The notes beneath the pieces are model-generated. The model was not told where the DNA came from. It made no database searches and saw only the letters and a list, made by a program, of their open reading frames with translations. Made by a program: the position numbers and the translations under genes. Source: Acidobacteriota bacterium (lineage in GTDB: Bacteria; Acidobacteriota; Vicinamibacteria; Vicinamibacterales; UBA2999). Taken from it: a DNA stretch of 64,000 nucleotides. The stretch is from contig VFZN01000012.1 in NCBI GenBank assembly GCA_016871195.1, positions 16,302-80,301 of the forward strand. Direction: 5' to 3'. Positions 18,753 to 29,538 of this stretch are shown here, one piece after another. The stretch's first letter is position 1; the number at the start of each line of letters is the position of its first letter.

Positions 18753-19672
18753 CCTTCCACCGAGGGCCGCTGGGCCCCGGCCCGGCCCAGCCAGGCCGCC
18801 CCGCGCACGCCACTGGCGTCGCCAAAACCTGCGCGGCGCAGGGGCGTATTGACGGCGTCGGAGAACACCCAGCGCGCCCACCGCGCTGGCACCTCGTCGT
18901 AGAGCGCCTGGACCTGCGAGACCCCGCCGCCCAGAACAATGACATCAGGGTCGAGCATCGTGATGATGAGGGCCAGACTGCGCGCCAGCCGGTCGACGTA
19001 GCGGTCGCGTGACGCCTGCGCATCGGGATCGCCGTCGCGGGCGGCGGCCGCCAGCGCGTCTGCCGTCATCTGGCGGCCGGTTGTGCGATGAAAGTCGGCC
19101 GCCCAGCCCGGACCAGAGACCCAGGTTTCGATGCACCCGGTGCGGCCGCAGTAACACGGCGGTCCCGGGTATTCGTCGCGGGTCGGCCACGGCAGCGGCA
19201 GATGCCCCCACTCGCCGGCAATGCGATGTGGCCCTTCGATCATCCGGCCGTCGACGGTGATCCCCCCACCCACGCCCGTGCCCAGAATCACCCCGAAGAC
19301 GACGGCCGCTCCGGCTCCTGCGCCGTCGGTCGCTTCAGAGAGGACAAAGCAGTTGGCATCGTTGGCCACGGCGACCGGCCGTGCAAGGCGCGCGGCGAGG
19401 TCACGGTCGAGCGCGTGCCCGATGAGCCAAGTCGAGTTGGCGTTCTTGACGAGCCCGGTGCCGGGAGACAGGGCGCCGGGAATGCCCACGCCCACAGTGC
19501 AGGGGAGCCCCGCGGGGTGCTCGAGGGCCTGCACGACACCGACGATGGTGTCGAGCGTATCCGCATAGGATCCGCGAGGCGCGGGCACGCGCAGGCGCTG
19601 CTGTTCCCGCCCGCCGGCGTCGAGCCGTACGCCTTCGATTTTTGTCCCCCCGAGGTCGATGCCGATGTGCAT
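18701..19672 (-). CDS. ROK family sugar kinase (fructokinase Mak-like)
   Basis: IGIDLGGTK, NDANCF, ILGTGVGGG, GEWGH and CYCG..GC.E. Confidence 0.92.
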   Translation of the reverse strand: MHIGIDLGGTKIEGVRLDAGGREQQRLRVPAPRGSYADTLDTIVGVVQALEHPAGLPCTVGVGIPGALSPGTGLVKNANSTWLIGHALDRDLAARLARPVAVANDANCFVLSEATDGAGAGAAVVFGVILGTGVGGGITVDGRMIEGPHRIAGEWGHLPLPWPTRDEYPGPPCYCGRTGCIETWVSGPGWAADFHRTTGRQMTADALAAAARDGDPDAQASRDRYVDRLARSLALIITMLDPDVIVLGGGVSQVQALYDEVPARWARWVFSDAVNTPLRRAGFGDASGVRGAAWLGRAGAQRPSVEGQGVPEAGPSAGRTVIL

Positions 19673-19744
19673 GAACGGAACCCCGATTTCCCTGACAAAT
19701 TCTGACACGGCTTCCCAGAGAACCGCCGTATACTCCGCTGTGGT

Positions 19745-22255
19745 ATGTCAGGCGTGTTACAACTTCGGATGGTCAGCCTTATTGCGGCCGGCATCATCGC
19801 CGGTTCCCTGTCCCTCACCGGGGCGCGGCCGGCAGCCGACGGCGTCGGGTCGTCTGCTGAGGGGGGGCGCAACATCGCGGGGCAGGCCGCCCCGTCCGTG
19901 CGTCCAGCGCCAGCGCACGCGGCCCCGAAACCGGCCGGTCTGGCGGTCACCGAACAGAACGCGCTCGTGAAGCAGTACTGCGCGGGATGCCACAGCGACC
20001 GGGCGAAGGCGGGCGGACTCAGCCTCGCCGCGTTCGATGCCGCGTCGGCTGTCGAACATGCGGAGGTGACCGAGAAAGTCATCCGGAAGCTGCGCGCGGG
20101 CATGATGCCGCCTGCCGGGGCCCGTCGCCCCGAGCCGGTCGTGCTGGCGCAACTGACCGAGGCCCTCGAGACCCGCATCGATCGCGCGGCGGCGCTCAGC
20201 CCGAATCCCGGGCGCCGCCCGTTCCAGCGCCTCAATCGCGCGGAATACGCTACCGCGATTCGCGAGCTGCTCGATCTGAAGGTGGATGTCGACGCCTATC
20301 TGCCCCCCGACACCATCAGTGACGGCTTCGACAATGTGGCCGATGCGCAGGGGTTCTCACCCACGGTGCTCGAGGGCTATCTGCGCGCGGCCAGCGCGAT
20401 CAGCTCGCTGGCCCTCGGCGATGCGACGGCGGCGCCGACCGAAGCGAACTACAAGGTGCCACGCACGGCCTCACAGATGCGGCAGCTCGAGGGGGCCCCC
20501 TTCGGCACGCGCGGGGGCATCGTCGTCGAGCACATCTTCCCGGCGGACGGCGATTACACGTTCCGCATGATGCTGCACTCGATTCCCACGGGGCAGCTGT
20601 TCGGCAGCAGCGTGCCGGGCGAGCAGATTGAGGTGTCGGTGAACGGCGCGCGCGTGGCGCTGCTCGAGATCAACACCCGCATGAGCGAGTCTGACCCGAA
20701 CGGCATGAATCTCGTCACCCCGAAGATTCATGTGAAGGCCGGCCCGCAGCGAACAGCTGCCGCGTTCATTTCGCGCTTCGACGCGCCGGTCGATGACCTG
20801 ATTGCGCCCATCGAGCACACCCTGGCCGATACGCAGATTGGCGCGGGCTTCGGCGTTACCGCCCTGCCGCACCTGCGCGAGTTTGCCGTCACCGGCCCCA
20901 TCGCGGTCACCGGCATTTCGCAGTCACCGAGCCGGCAGCGCATCTTCTCGTGCCGCCCCACGGCGTCGAGCGAGGAAGCGCCGTGTGCCACCGCGATTGT
21001 GAAGCGACTGGCCTCGCAGGCCTATCGGGCCCCGGCGTCGTTCGACGATGTGCGGAAGCTGATGGGGTTCTACGAGCAGGGCCGTCGCGATGGCGACTTT
21101 GAGGACGGCGTGCGGATGGCGGTGCAGGCCATGCTGGCCAGTCCGAAGTTCCTGTTCCGCCTTGAGGAAGTGCCGGCCACGGCGCGGCCAGGCCAGAACT
21201 ATCGGATTGGCGACGTCGACCTCGCCAGCCGGCTGTCGTTCTTCATCTGGGGCGCGGGTCCCGACGAGGAACTGCTGACGGTGGCGACCGCTGGCCGCCT
21301 GCGGGCGCCCGGTATGCTCGAGCAGCAGGTGCAGCGCATGCTGCGTGACCGGCGGGCCCAGGCGATGGGCACCCGCTTTGGGTCGCAGTGGTTGCGGCTG
21401 CAGGACCTGATGAAGCTGAACCCTGACGCGCTGCTGTATCCGCAGTATGACCAGACGCTGGCGCAGGGACTCAAGCGTGAGACCGAGCTGCTGTTCGAGG
21501 CGATCGTGCGCAATGACCGGCCCGTGACCGAACTGCTGACGGCCGACTACACGTTCGTCAACGAGCGGGTGGCCAAGCACTATGGCCTGCCGAATGTCAC
21601 CGGCCCCGAGTTCCGGCGCGTGGCCCTGCCGGATGCGAACCGGCGTGGCCTGCTGGGGCAGGGCAGCATTCTGGCCCTGACGTCGGTGGCCGACCGCACC
21701 TCGCCCGTCCAGCGTGGCAAGTGGGTGATGGAAGTGCTGCTCGGGTCGCCTCCCCCGGCGCCGCCCCCCAATGTGCCGTCGCTTGACGAGTCGGTGTCGG
21801 CTGCCCAGGGGGCCAAGGTGCTGTCGACGCGCGAGCGCATGGAAGAGCACCGGAAGAATCCCACGTGCAACTCGTGCCACCGCGTGATTGATCCCCTGGG
21901 GCTGGCGCTCGAGAATTTCGACGTCACCGGCGCCTGGCGCATCCGCGACGGCGACACGGCCGTCGACTCGAATGGCGACCTGTATGACGGCACGAAGATG
22001 CAGGGCCCCCAGGGGCTGCGCGACGCGCTGCTGCGACACAAGGATGTGTTCCTGCTGAGCTTCACGGAAAGCCTGATGACGTACGGGCTGGGCCGTCGTG
22101 TCGAACACTACGACCTGCCGACCGTGCGGCGCATTGTGCAGGAGGCCGGGCGTGCGGGTGACCGCATGTCCCAGTTCATCCTGGGTGTGGTGAAGAGTCC
22201 GGCGTTCCAGATGGGACGCCTCGAAGCCGAGACGACGACCGAGGTGGCCCGCTGA
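19745..22255 (+). CDS. DUF1592/1588/1587/1585/1595 (PSD/PSCyt) protein with c-type heme motifs, copy 1
   Basis: YCAGCH, GMMPP, RLNRAEY, DLASRLSFFIW, TSPVQRGKWV and CNSCH..IDPLG.ALENFD. Confidence 0.9.
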   Translation: MSGVLQLRMVSLIAAGIIAGSLSLTGARPAADGVGSSAEGGRNIAGQAAPSVRPAPAHAAPKPAGLAVTEQNALVKQYCAGCHSDRAKAGGLSLAAFDAASAVEHAEVTEKVIRKLRAGMMPPAGARRPEPVVLAQLTEALETRIDRAAALSPNPGRRPFQRLNRAEYATAIRELLDLKVDVDAYLPPDTISDGFDNVADAQGFSPTVLEGYLRAASAISSLALGDATAAPTEANYKVPRTASQMRQLEGAPFGTRGGIVVEHIFPADGDYTFRMMLHSIPTGQLFGSSVPGEQIEVSVNGARVALLEINTRMSESDPNGMNLVTPKIHVKAGPQRTAAAFISRFDAPVDDLIAPIEHTLADTQIGAGFGVTALPHLREFAVTGPIAVTGISQSPSRQRIFSCRPTASSEEAPCATAIVKRLASQAYRAPASFDDVRKLMGFYEQGRRDGDFEDGVRMAVQAMLASPKFLFRLEEVPATARPGQNYRIGDVDLASRLSFFIWGAGPDEELLTVATAGRLRAPGMLEQQVQRMLRDRRAQAMGTRFGSQWLRLQDLMKLNPDALLYPQYDQTLAQGLKRETELLFEAIVRNDRPVTELLTADYTFVNERVAKHYGLPNVTGPEFRRVALPDANRRGLLGQGSILALTSVADRTSPVQRGKWVMEVLLGSPPPAPPPNVPSLDESVSAAQGAKVLSTRERMEEHRKNPTCNSCHRVIDPLGLALENFDVTGAWRIRDGDTAVDSNGDLYDGTKMQGPQGLRDALLRHKDVFLLSFTESLMTYGLGRRVEHYDLPTVRRIVQEAGRAGDRMSQFILGVVKSPAFQMGRLEAETTTEVAR

Positions 22256-22291
22256 CGGCGGGTCGTGACGAGTGAACGAAGGAGCCTGCTG

Positions 22292-23701
22292 ATGTATCTC
22301 ACGAAGAAGCACCTGTCGCGCCGCACTGCCCTCAAGGGCGTGGGCGTGTCGCTGTCGCTGCCGCTGCTCGAGGCCATGATTCCGGCGGGGACGGCGCTGG
22401 CGCGCACCGCAGCGGGCAAGGTCAGGCTGGCGGCCATCGAGATGGTGCATGGCTCGGCCGGGGCCACGACGATCGGGGCGCAGAAGCACCTGTGGTCGCC
22501 CAAGGCCACCGGGTCGGCATTCGACCTCAGCCCCAGCAGCCTGGCGCCCCTCGAGCCGTTCCGCGATGCGCTGACGATCATCAGCAACACCGATGTGCGC
22601 AATGCCGAGGCGTTCACGCCGCCCGAAATCGGTGGCGATCACTTCCGCTCGAGCGCCGTGTTCCTGACGCAGGCTCATCCGCACCAGACGCAGGGCAGTG
22701 ACGTGCGCGTGGCCACCTCGCTCGACCAGCTGTACGCGCAGAAATACGGGCAGGACACGCCCATCCCCTCGATGCAGCTCTGCATCGAGAACGTCGACCA
22801 GGCTGGCGGCTGTGCGTACGGCTATGCCTGCGTCTACACCGATACAGTCAGCTGGGCGTCAGCCAGCGAGCCGCTACCGATGGTGCGCGATCCGCGTGCC
22901 GCCTTCGACATGCTGTTTGGCGTCGGCGCGACGCCGGAAGAGCGTGCGGCGCGCCGCCGGGCCGATCGCAGCATCCTCGACTGGGTGACGGCCGAGGTGG
23001 CGCAGTTGAAGCGATCGCTCGGGCCGATGGACCGGGCACGGCTGTCCGAATACCTCGACGATGTGCGCGAAATCGAGCGGCGCATCCAGCGGGTGGAAGC
23101 GCAGAACGGCACGGGCGATGCGCGCGAACTGCCGATGGCGCCGATGGGCGTACCCGATTCGTTCGAAGAGCACGTCAAGCTGATGTTCGACCTGCAGGCG
23201 GTCGCGTTTGCGTCGGACATCACCCGCGTATTCTCGTTCAAGCTGGGACGCGACGGGTCGAGCCGCGTGTATCCCGACAGCGGTGTGAAGACCGGGTTCC
23301 ATCCCGCATCGCACCACGGTGAACGCGAAGATCGCATCCTCGACTTTGCGAAGATCAACCGCTATCACCTCAGCCTGCTGCCATATTTCCTAGATAAGCT
23401 GAAGAAGACGCCGGACGGTGACCGGAACCTGCTCGAGAACACCCTCATCCTCTACGGGTCGCCGATGGGTAACTCGAATGTGCACAACCACAAGCGGTGC
23501 CCGCTGGTCCTTGCGGGCCACGCTGGCGGCAAGCTGAAGGGCAACCTGCACATCAAGGCGGCCGACGGCACGCCCATGGCCAACGCGATGCTGTCGATGC
23601 TGCATGTCCTCGGGCTCGAAGACATGAGCAGCTTCGGTGACAGCACCGAGGCCATGAATCTCAATCACGCCGGCGATACGACGGTCGCTGCCCGGGGTTA
23701 A
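22292..23701 (+). CDS. DUF1552 protein with Tat-like signal, copy 1
   Basis: LSRRTALKG.G..L.LPLLEAM, GCAYGYACVY, HPASHH and GNSNVHNH. Confidence 0.9.
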   Translation: MYLTKKHLSRRTALKGVGVSLSLPLLEAMIPAGTALARTAAGKVRLAAIEMVHGSAGATTIGAQKHLWSPKATGSAFDLSPSSLAPLEPFRDALTIISNTDVRNAEAFTPPEIGGDHFRSSAVFLTQAHPHQTQGSDVRVATSLDQLYAQKYGQDTPIPSMQLCIENVDQAGGCAYGYACVYTDTVSWASASEPLPMVRDPRAAFDMLFGVGATPEERAARRRADRSILDWVTAEVAQLKRSLGPMDRARLSEYLDDVREIERRIQRVEAQNGTGDARELPMAPMGVPDSFEEHVKLMFDLQAVAFASDITRVFSFKLGRDGSSRVYPDSGVKTGFHPASHHGEREDRILDFAKINRYHLSLLPYFLDKLKKTPDGDRNLLENTLILYGSPMGNSNVHNHKRCPLVLAGHAGGKLKGNLHIKAADGTPMANAMLSMLHVLGLEDMSSFGDSTEAMNLNHAGDTTVAARG

Positions 23702-23704
23702 TCC

Positions 23705-25463
23705 GTGACCTCCGCATCACCGCTCGTGCGTCGGTGGCTCATCCATGTCGGCGCGGGTCTGCTGGGCGCGCTGTGCCTCAATGCGCTTGTGCTCGCGCAG
23801 GCGGCGACGGTCACCGATGGGGCACGCCGTGGCGACCGCGAGGCCGTCCGCACACTGCTCAAGTCAGGGGCCGACGTGAATGCCGCAGAGGGCGATGGCA
23901 CCACGGCACTGCATTGGGCGGCCCGGCGTGGCGATGCCGAGTTGGTGCAGATGCTGGTGTCAGCCGGGGCGAACGTCAGGGCCACGACTCGACTCGGGTC
24001 GTACACGCCGCTCATGATGGCGGCGCAGGCCGGGCACAGCGCGGCGGTGGCTGCGCTGCTGGCTGGAGGAGCCGATGTTGAGGCTGCCTCGACGACCGGC
24101 ACGACCCCGCTCATGTTCGCCGCACAATCGGGCGATACGCGCAGCCTCGACGACCGGCACGACCCCGCTCATGTTCGCCGCACAATCGGGCGATACGCGC
24201 ACGGTGACGATGCTCGTCGAAGGTGGCGCGCGCATTGATGCCCGCGAGTCGGCGATGGAGCAGACCCCGCTGATGTTTGCGGCCGCCAACAACCGCACCG
24301 ATGTGGTGAAGCTGCTCATCGCGCGCGGTGCCGACAAGGCCGCGACCTCGAGGGTGACCGATCTCAACAAGCTGTCGATGGGCGGTTTCGGCGGTGGTCG
24401 TCGCGGCACCGGCGGTGCGCCGACGGCCGGCAATCGTCCGGTCGACGTCGCGGGTGTGACGCGGCAGTATCGCTACAACGAACTGGTCGGCACTTCCGGT
24501 GGAATCACCCCTCTGCAGCTGGCGGCACGCCAGGGTTTCTTCGACACGGTGAAGGCGCTGGTCGAGGCCGGGGCCGACGTGAATCAGCGGAATCCCGGCG
24601 ACCAGTCGACGGCGCTGGTCGTCGCGACCGTCAACGGGCACTTCGACGTGGGCGTGTATCTGCTCGAGCACGGTGCCGATCCCAATCTCGCGACCGACAA
24701 CGGCCTGGCGCCGCTGTACGGCACGCTCAACGTGCAGTGGGCACCGAAGGCCAACTATCCGCAGCCGCGCGCCTACCTGCAGCAATCGGTGACGCACATC
24801 GAATTCATGAAGCAGCTGCTGGCTCGCGGTGCGGATCCGAATCGACGTCTGGTGCGGAAGATCTGGTACTCCGGCTACAACTTCGACCTGGCCGGTATCG
24901 ATGAAGTCGGCGCGACGCCCTTCTGGCGCGCGGCCTACGGCGGTGATCTCGAGGCCATGAACCTGTTGCTGGCCGCTGGGGCTGACCCCCTGATTCCGAC
25001 GACCAAGCCTGCGGGCCGGCCGCCGACCGGCGATGGCGACCGCTTCAATGTGCAGGATGTGTCCGGCTTGCCGCCGGTTCCCGTGGGGGGGCCTGGTGTG
25101 ACACCGCTGCACGCGGCGACGGGGGCGGGCTATGCCGAAGGGTTCGCGGCCAACTCGCACCGCTACGCGCCGTCGGGCCTGCTGGCGACGGTCAGGTTTC
25201 TCGTCGAGCGCACGGGCGCCGATGTGAATACGGTCGACCACGAGGGCAATACGCCGCTACACAATGCGTCGGCGCGTGGCGATGTGGCGATGATTGAATA
25301 TCTGGTCTCGAAAGGGGCCGACGTCAAGCGGGTGAATCGCGAAGGGCAAACGACGGCCGACATGGCCAATGGCCCGGTGCAACGCACCCAGCCGTTCCCC
25401 GAAGCGCTCAAGCTGCTCGAGAGCCTCGGTGCGGTGAACAATCACAAGTGTGTGTCCTGCTGA
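23705..25463 (+). pseudogene. Exported ankyrin-repeat protein, copy 1, frameshifted by a 58-bp duplication (real or assembly error)
   Basis: ANK repeats (GTTALHWAA, TPLMFAA) are split across ORFs 23705-24238 and 24075-25463. Removing one 58-bp copy gives a 1701-bp continuous frame collinear with copy 2. Confidence 0.85.
24086..24201 (+). repeat. Perfect 58-bp tandem duplication
   Basis: gcctcgacgaccggcacgaccccgctcatgttcgccgcacaatcgggcgatacgcgca occurs at 24086 and again at 24144. Confidence 0.95.
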
Positions 25464-25493
25464 GGCAGGACCGTTATCGGCAGAGGGTGTGGC

Positions 25494-28022
25494 ATGCGGC
25501 GACTGGCAGGACTGCTGAGTGCACTCATCATCGGTGGGGTGGCGCTGACGGCGCAGGGGCGTATGGCCCAGGCGCCCGCCGGCCCGTCGATGCCCCCAAC
25601 GGACTCGTCGAGGGCCGCGCAGGCGCGGCCTGTGGCCCCCGTGCCCGCGCATGCGACGGCCCCCGCGGCGGCGGGGCTCAGCGTCGACGGGCAGACGCAA
25701 CTGGTGAAGCAGTACTGCGCCACGTGTCACAACGATCGGGCCAAGGCGGGCGGGTTGACACTCGCCGCCTTCGATGCCGCGAAACTGTTGGACGATCCGG
25801 CGCTGGCCGAGAAGATGATCCGAAAGCTGCGCGCCGGCATGATGCCACCGGCCAGCGCGCGGCGGCCCGAGCCGGCCGTGCTCGAATCGCTGACGACCAC
25901 GTTCGAGCAGCGCATTGATCGGGCGGCGGCGGCGCAGGTGAACCCGGGGGCGCAGGTGAACCCGGGGGCGCGTCCCTCGCAGCGACTCAACCGCGCCGAA
26001 TATCAGCGTGCCGTGCGCGACCTGCTGGGCATCGACGTCGACATCACCGCGTTCCTGCCGGCCGACACCATCAGCGACGGCTTCGATAACGTGGCAGACT
26101 CGCAGGTCATTTCCACGGCACTGATGGAAGGCTACCTGCGGGCTGCGAGCCAGATCAGCCGCCTGGCCATTGGCGACCGTCAGGCCTCGGCGAGCACCAC
26201 CACCGTGAAGGTGCCGCGCACCGCCTCACAGATGCGCCACATCGAGGGCGCGCCGCTCGGCACGCGCGGTGGCGTGTCGTTCGTGCACGTGTTTCCGGCT
26301 GACGGCGAATACGTCTTCAAGATTCTGCTGCACTCGGGACCGACGGGTGACCTGTTCGGGGGGCCCTATGCCGGCGAGCAGATTGACCTGTCGATCAACG
26401 GCGAGCGCGTGGGGCTCATCGACATCAATCCCCGGATGAACGAGCAGGACCCGAACGGACTTAACATCACGGCGCCGCCGGTGCATGTGCAGGCGGGTCC
26501 GCAGCGTGTCTCGGCCGCGTTCGTATCGCGGTTCGACGGGCCGGTCGACGACCTGATGATGCCCATCGAGCACACGCTCGCCGATACGAACATCGGTGAG
26601 GTGTTCGGCACGACGGCGCTGCCCCACATCCGCGATTTCTCCATCACGGGACCCACGCGCGTCACGGGTGTGTCCGACACGCGCAGCCGGCGCCTCATCT
26701 TCACCTGCCGGCCGACACAGGCCACCGAAGAACGCCCCTGCGCCGAGCGCATCGTCCGGCAGCTGGCCACGCGTGCGTATCGCGGCCCGGTGGTGGCCGA
26801 GGACTTCACGGCGCTGATGGCGTTCTACGACCGCGGCCGGACGGCCAGCGACTTCGAAGGCGGCGTGCGTCTGGCCGTGCAGGCGATTCTGGCCAGCCCC
26901 CGCTTCCTGCTGCGCATGGAGCAGGTGCCGTCGACCCTGCGGGCGGGACAGACCTACCGGGTGAGTGACCGCGACCTGGCGTCGCGCCTTTCGTTCTTTC
27001 TGTGGGGCGCCCTCCCGGATGAGGCACTCCTGAAGGTGGCACAGGCCGGACAGCTGAGCCAGCCGGCGTTGTTCGACCGGCAGGTGCGGCGCATGCTGGC
27101 CGACCCGAGAGCCGAAGCGCTGGCGACGCGGTTTGCCTCGCAGTGGCTGCGGCTGCAGGATGTCCGGCAGGTGCGTCCGGACCATCATTTCTATTCCCAC
27201 TGGGATACGACGCTGTCCGACGCCATGGTGCGTGAGACGGAACTGTTCGTCGCCAGCCTGCTCCGTGACGACCGACCGATTACCGAACTGCTGACGGCGG
27301 ACTATACCTTCGTGAATGAACGCCTGGCGAAGCACTACGGCATCGCCAATGTGGTGGGCAGCGAATATCGGCGGGTGACCATTCCCGGCGCCAACCGTCG
27401 CGGGCTGCTGGGCCAGGGCAGTGTGCTCCTGCTGACGTCGATTGCCGATCGCACGTCGCCGGTGCTGCGCGGCAAGTGGGTGATGGAAGTGCTGCTGGCC
27501 TCGCCACCGCCTCCGCCGCCGCCCAACGTGCCGTCGCTCGATGATTCGGTGAAATCCAACGCGGGAGGGAAACTGCTGTCGACCCGCGAGCGCATGGAAG
27601 AGCACCGGAAGAACCCGGCCTGCAATTCGTGCCACCGCGTGATCGATCCGCTGGGCCTAGCGCTCGAGAACTTCGATGCCACCGGCGCGTGGCGTGCGCG
27701 GGACAACGGCGTGACGATTGACGCCAACGGCGACCTGTATGACGGCACCCGCATGGAAGGCCCGGCGGGTTTGCGCGCCGCCCTGCTGCGGCACAGCGAC
27801 CTCATCAAGCTCAGTTTCACGGAAAGCCTGATGACCTATGCACTCGGACGGCGTGTCGAGCCGTTCGACCTGCCGACGGTGCGCCGCATTGTGGCCGACG
27901 CCGGACGGCAGGGTGACCGCCTGTCGGCCTTCATTCTGGGTGTCGTGAAGAGCCCGGCGTTCCAGATGGGCCGCGTGGAGGACGAGACGACCACCACCGA
28001 CCGAGAGCAGCCACACCGCTGA
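25494..28022 (+). CDS. DUF1592-family (PSD/PSCyt) protein with c-type heme motifs, copy 2
   Basis: YCATCH and CNSCH; collinear paralogue of 19745-22255. Confidence 0.9.
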   Translation: MRRLAGLLSALIIGGVALTAQGRMAQAPAGPSMPPTDSSRAAQARPVAPVPAHATAPAAAGLSVDGQTQLVKQYCATCHNDRAKAGGLTLAAFDAAKLLDDPALAEKMIRKLRAGMMPPASARRPEPAVLESLTTTFEQRIDRAAAAQVNPGAQVNPGARPSQRLNRAEYQRAVRDLLGIDVDITAFLPADTISDGFDNVADSQVISTALMEGYLRAASQISRLAIGDRQASASTTTVKVPRTASQMRHIEGAPLGTRGGVSFVHVFPADGEYVFKILLHSGPTGDLFGGPYAGEQIDLSINGERVGLIDINPRMNEQDPNGLNITAPPVHVQAGPQRVSAAFVSRFDGPVDDLMMPIEHTLADTNIGEVFGTTALPHIRDFSITGPTRVTGVSDTRSRRLIFTCRPTQATEERPCAERIVRQLATRAYRGPVVAEDFTALMAFYDRGRTASDFEGGVRLAVQAILASPRFLLRMEQVPSTLRAGQTYRVSDRDLASRLSFFLWGALPDEALLKVAQAGQLSQPALFDRQVRRMLADPRAEALATRFASQWLRLQDVRQVRPDHHFYSHWDTTLSDAMVRETELFVASLLRDDRPITELLTADYTFVNERLAKHYGIANVVGSEYRRVTIPGANRRGLLGQGSVLLLTSIADRTSPVLRGKWVMEVLLASPPPPPPPNVPSLDDSVKSNAGGKLLSTRERMEEHRKNPACNSCHRVIDPLGLALENFDATGAWRARDNGVTIDANGDLYDGTRMEGPAGLRAALLRHSDLIKLSFTESLMTYALGRRVEPFDLPTVRRIVADAGRQGDRLSAFILGVVKSPAFQMGRVEDETTTTDREQPHR
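25931..25971 (+). repeat. In-frame 18-bp tandem duplication (AQVNPG x2)
   Basis: ggcgcaggtgaacccggg is repeated; absent from paralogue 1. Confidence 0.9.
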
Positions 28023-28075
28023 AACTGACCCCGGCACTTCTGTTCCCTGACGACTGACGCACTGACGAGGACCCG

Positions 28076-29488
28076 ATGATGTTCATCACCAGGAAGCACA
28101 TCTCACGCCGCACCCTGCTCCAGGGCATGGGCGTTACCATGGCCCTGCCGCTGCTCGACGCGATGGTACCGGCCGGCACCGCCAACGCGAAGACCGCTGC
28201 CGCCGGCAAGGTCAGGCTGTCGGCGATTGAAATGGTGCACGGGTCGGCCGGCGCCACGGTCATCGGGGCCCAGAAGCACCTGTGGTCGCCCGCTGCCACC
28301 GGGCGCGCCTTCGACCTGTCGCCGAGTTCACTGTCGCCGCTGGAGGCGTATCGCCAGCACCTCACGATCATCAGCAACACCGACGTGCGGAATGCCGAGG
28401 CCTTTGAGCTTCCGGAAATCGGGGGCGATCACTTCCGGTCCAGTGCCGTGTTCCTGACGCAGGCCCATCCGCGCCAGACACAGGGCTCGGACGTGCGCGC
28501 CGGCACCTCGCTCGACCAGTACTACGCCCAGCGCTACGGGCAGGAAACGCCCATCCCCTCGATGCAGCTGTGCATCGAGCCGGTGGACCAGGCCGGCGGC
28601 TGTTCCTACGGCTACTCGTGCGTCTACACCGACAGCATCAGCTGGTCGGCGCCGAACACGCCGATGCCGATGATTCGCGACCCGCGCGTGGCCTTCGATC
28701 AGCTATTCGGGGTCGGCGCGACGCCGGGTGAACGCCGCGAGCGGCGTGCCGAGGACAAGAGCATCCTCGACCTTATGACCGACCAGCTGGCTCGCCTGCG
28801 CAAGGACCTCGGGGCCGCCGATCGCGCTCGGCTCAACCAGTACCTCACCGATGTGCGCGAGATCGAGCGCCGCATCCAGAAGGTCGAGTCTCAGAACTCC
28901 ACGGGTCACGCCCGCGAACTGCCCGGCGCGCCCATCGGCGTGCCCGACTCGTTCGACGAGCATGTGCGCCTCATGTTCGACCTGCAGGTGCTGGCATTTG
29001 CGTCAGACACGACGCGCGTCTTCTCGTTCAAGATGGGCCGCGACGCCTCAAGCCGCGTCTATCCTGAGAGCGGCGTCAGCACGGGGTTCCACCCGGCGTC
29101 TCACCACCAGGACCGCGAGGACCGCATCCTCGAATTCGAGAAGATCAACCGGTATCACATCGGCCTGCTGCCCTACTTCATCAAGAAGCTCAAGGATACG
29201 CCGGACGGCGACCGGTCGTTGCTCGAGAACACGCTGGTGCTGTACGGGTCGCCGATGGGCAACTCGAACATCCACAACCACAAGAAGTGCCCGCTGATTC
29301 TGCTGGGCCATGCCGGCGGCGCCATCCGCGGCGGGCTGCACATCAAGGCCACCGATGCCACACCGATGGCCAATCCGATGCTCAGCGTCATGCACACGTT
29401 GGGCCTGACCGACGTCGCCTCCTTCGGCGACAGCACGGGCACGCTCGACCTGAACGCCGCGCCGACCGCCACGGTGGCGGGCGCCTGA
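28076..29488 (+). CDS. DUF1552 protein with Tat-like signal, copy 2
   Basis: ISRRTLLQG.G, GCSYGYSCVY; paralogue of 22292-23701. Confidence 0.9.
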   Translation: MMFITRKHISRRTLLQGMGVTMALPLLDAMVPAGTANAKTAAAGKVRLSAIEMVHGSAGATVIGAQKHLWSPAATGRAFDLSPSSLSPLEAYRQHLTIISNTDVRNAEAFELPEIGGDHFRSSAVFLTQAHPRQTQGSDVRAGTSLDQYYAQRYGQETPIPSMQLCIEPVDQAGGCSYGYSCVYTDSISWSAPNTPMPMIRDPRVAFDQLFGVGATPGERRERRAEDKSILDLMTDQLARLRKDLGAADRARLNQYLTDVREIERRIQKVESQNSTGHARELPGAPIGVPDSFDEHVRLMFDLQVLAFASDTTRVFSFKMGRDASSRVYPESGVSTGFHPASHHQDREDRILEFEKINRYHIGLLPYFIKKLKDTPDGDRSLLENTLVLYGSPMGNSNIHNHKKCPLILLGHAGGAIRGGLHIKATDATPMANPMLSVMHTLGLTDVASFGDSTGTLDLNAAPTATVAGA

Positions 29489-29538
29489 GCACGCGACGCG
29501 CAGACGACATACGCAGAGAGTCGACAGGGAGCCGGGTG

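Noticed and set aside
24086-24201. Direct repeat as a possible CRISPR array
   Set aside because: Two abutting copies with no spacer, inside a coding region; no cas genes in the window.
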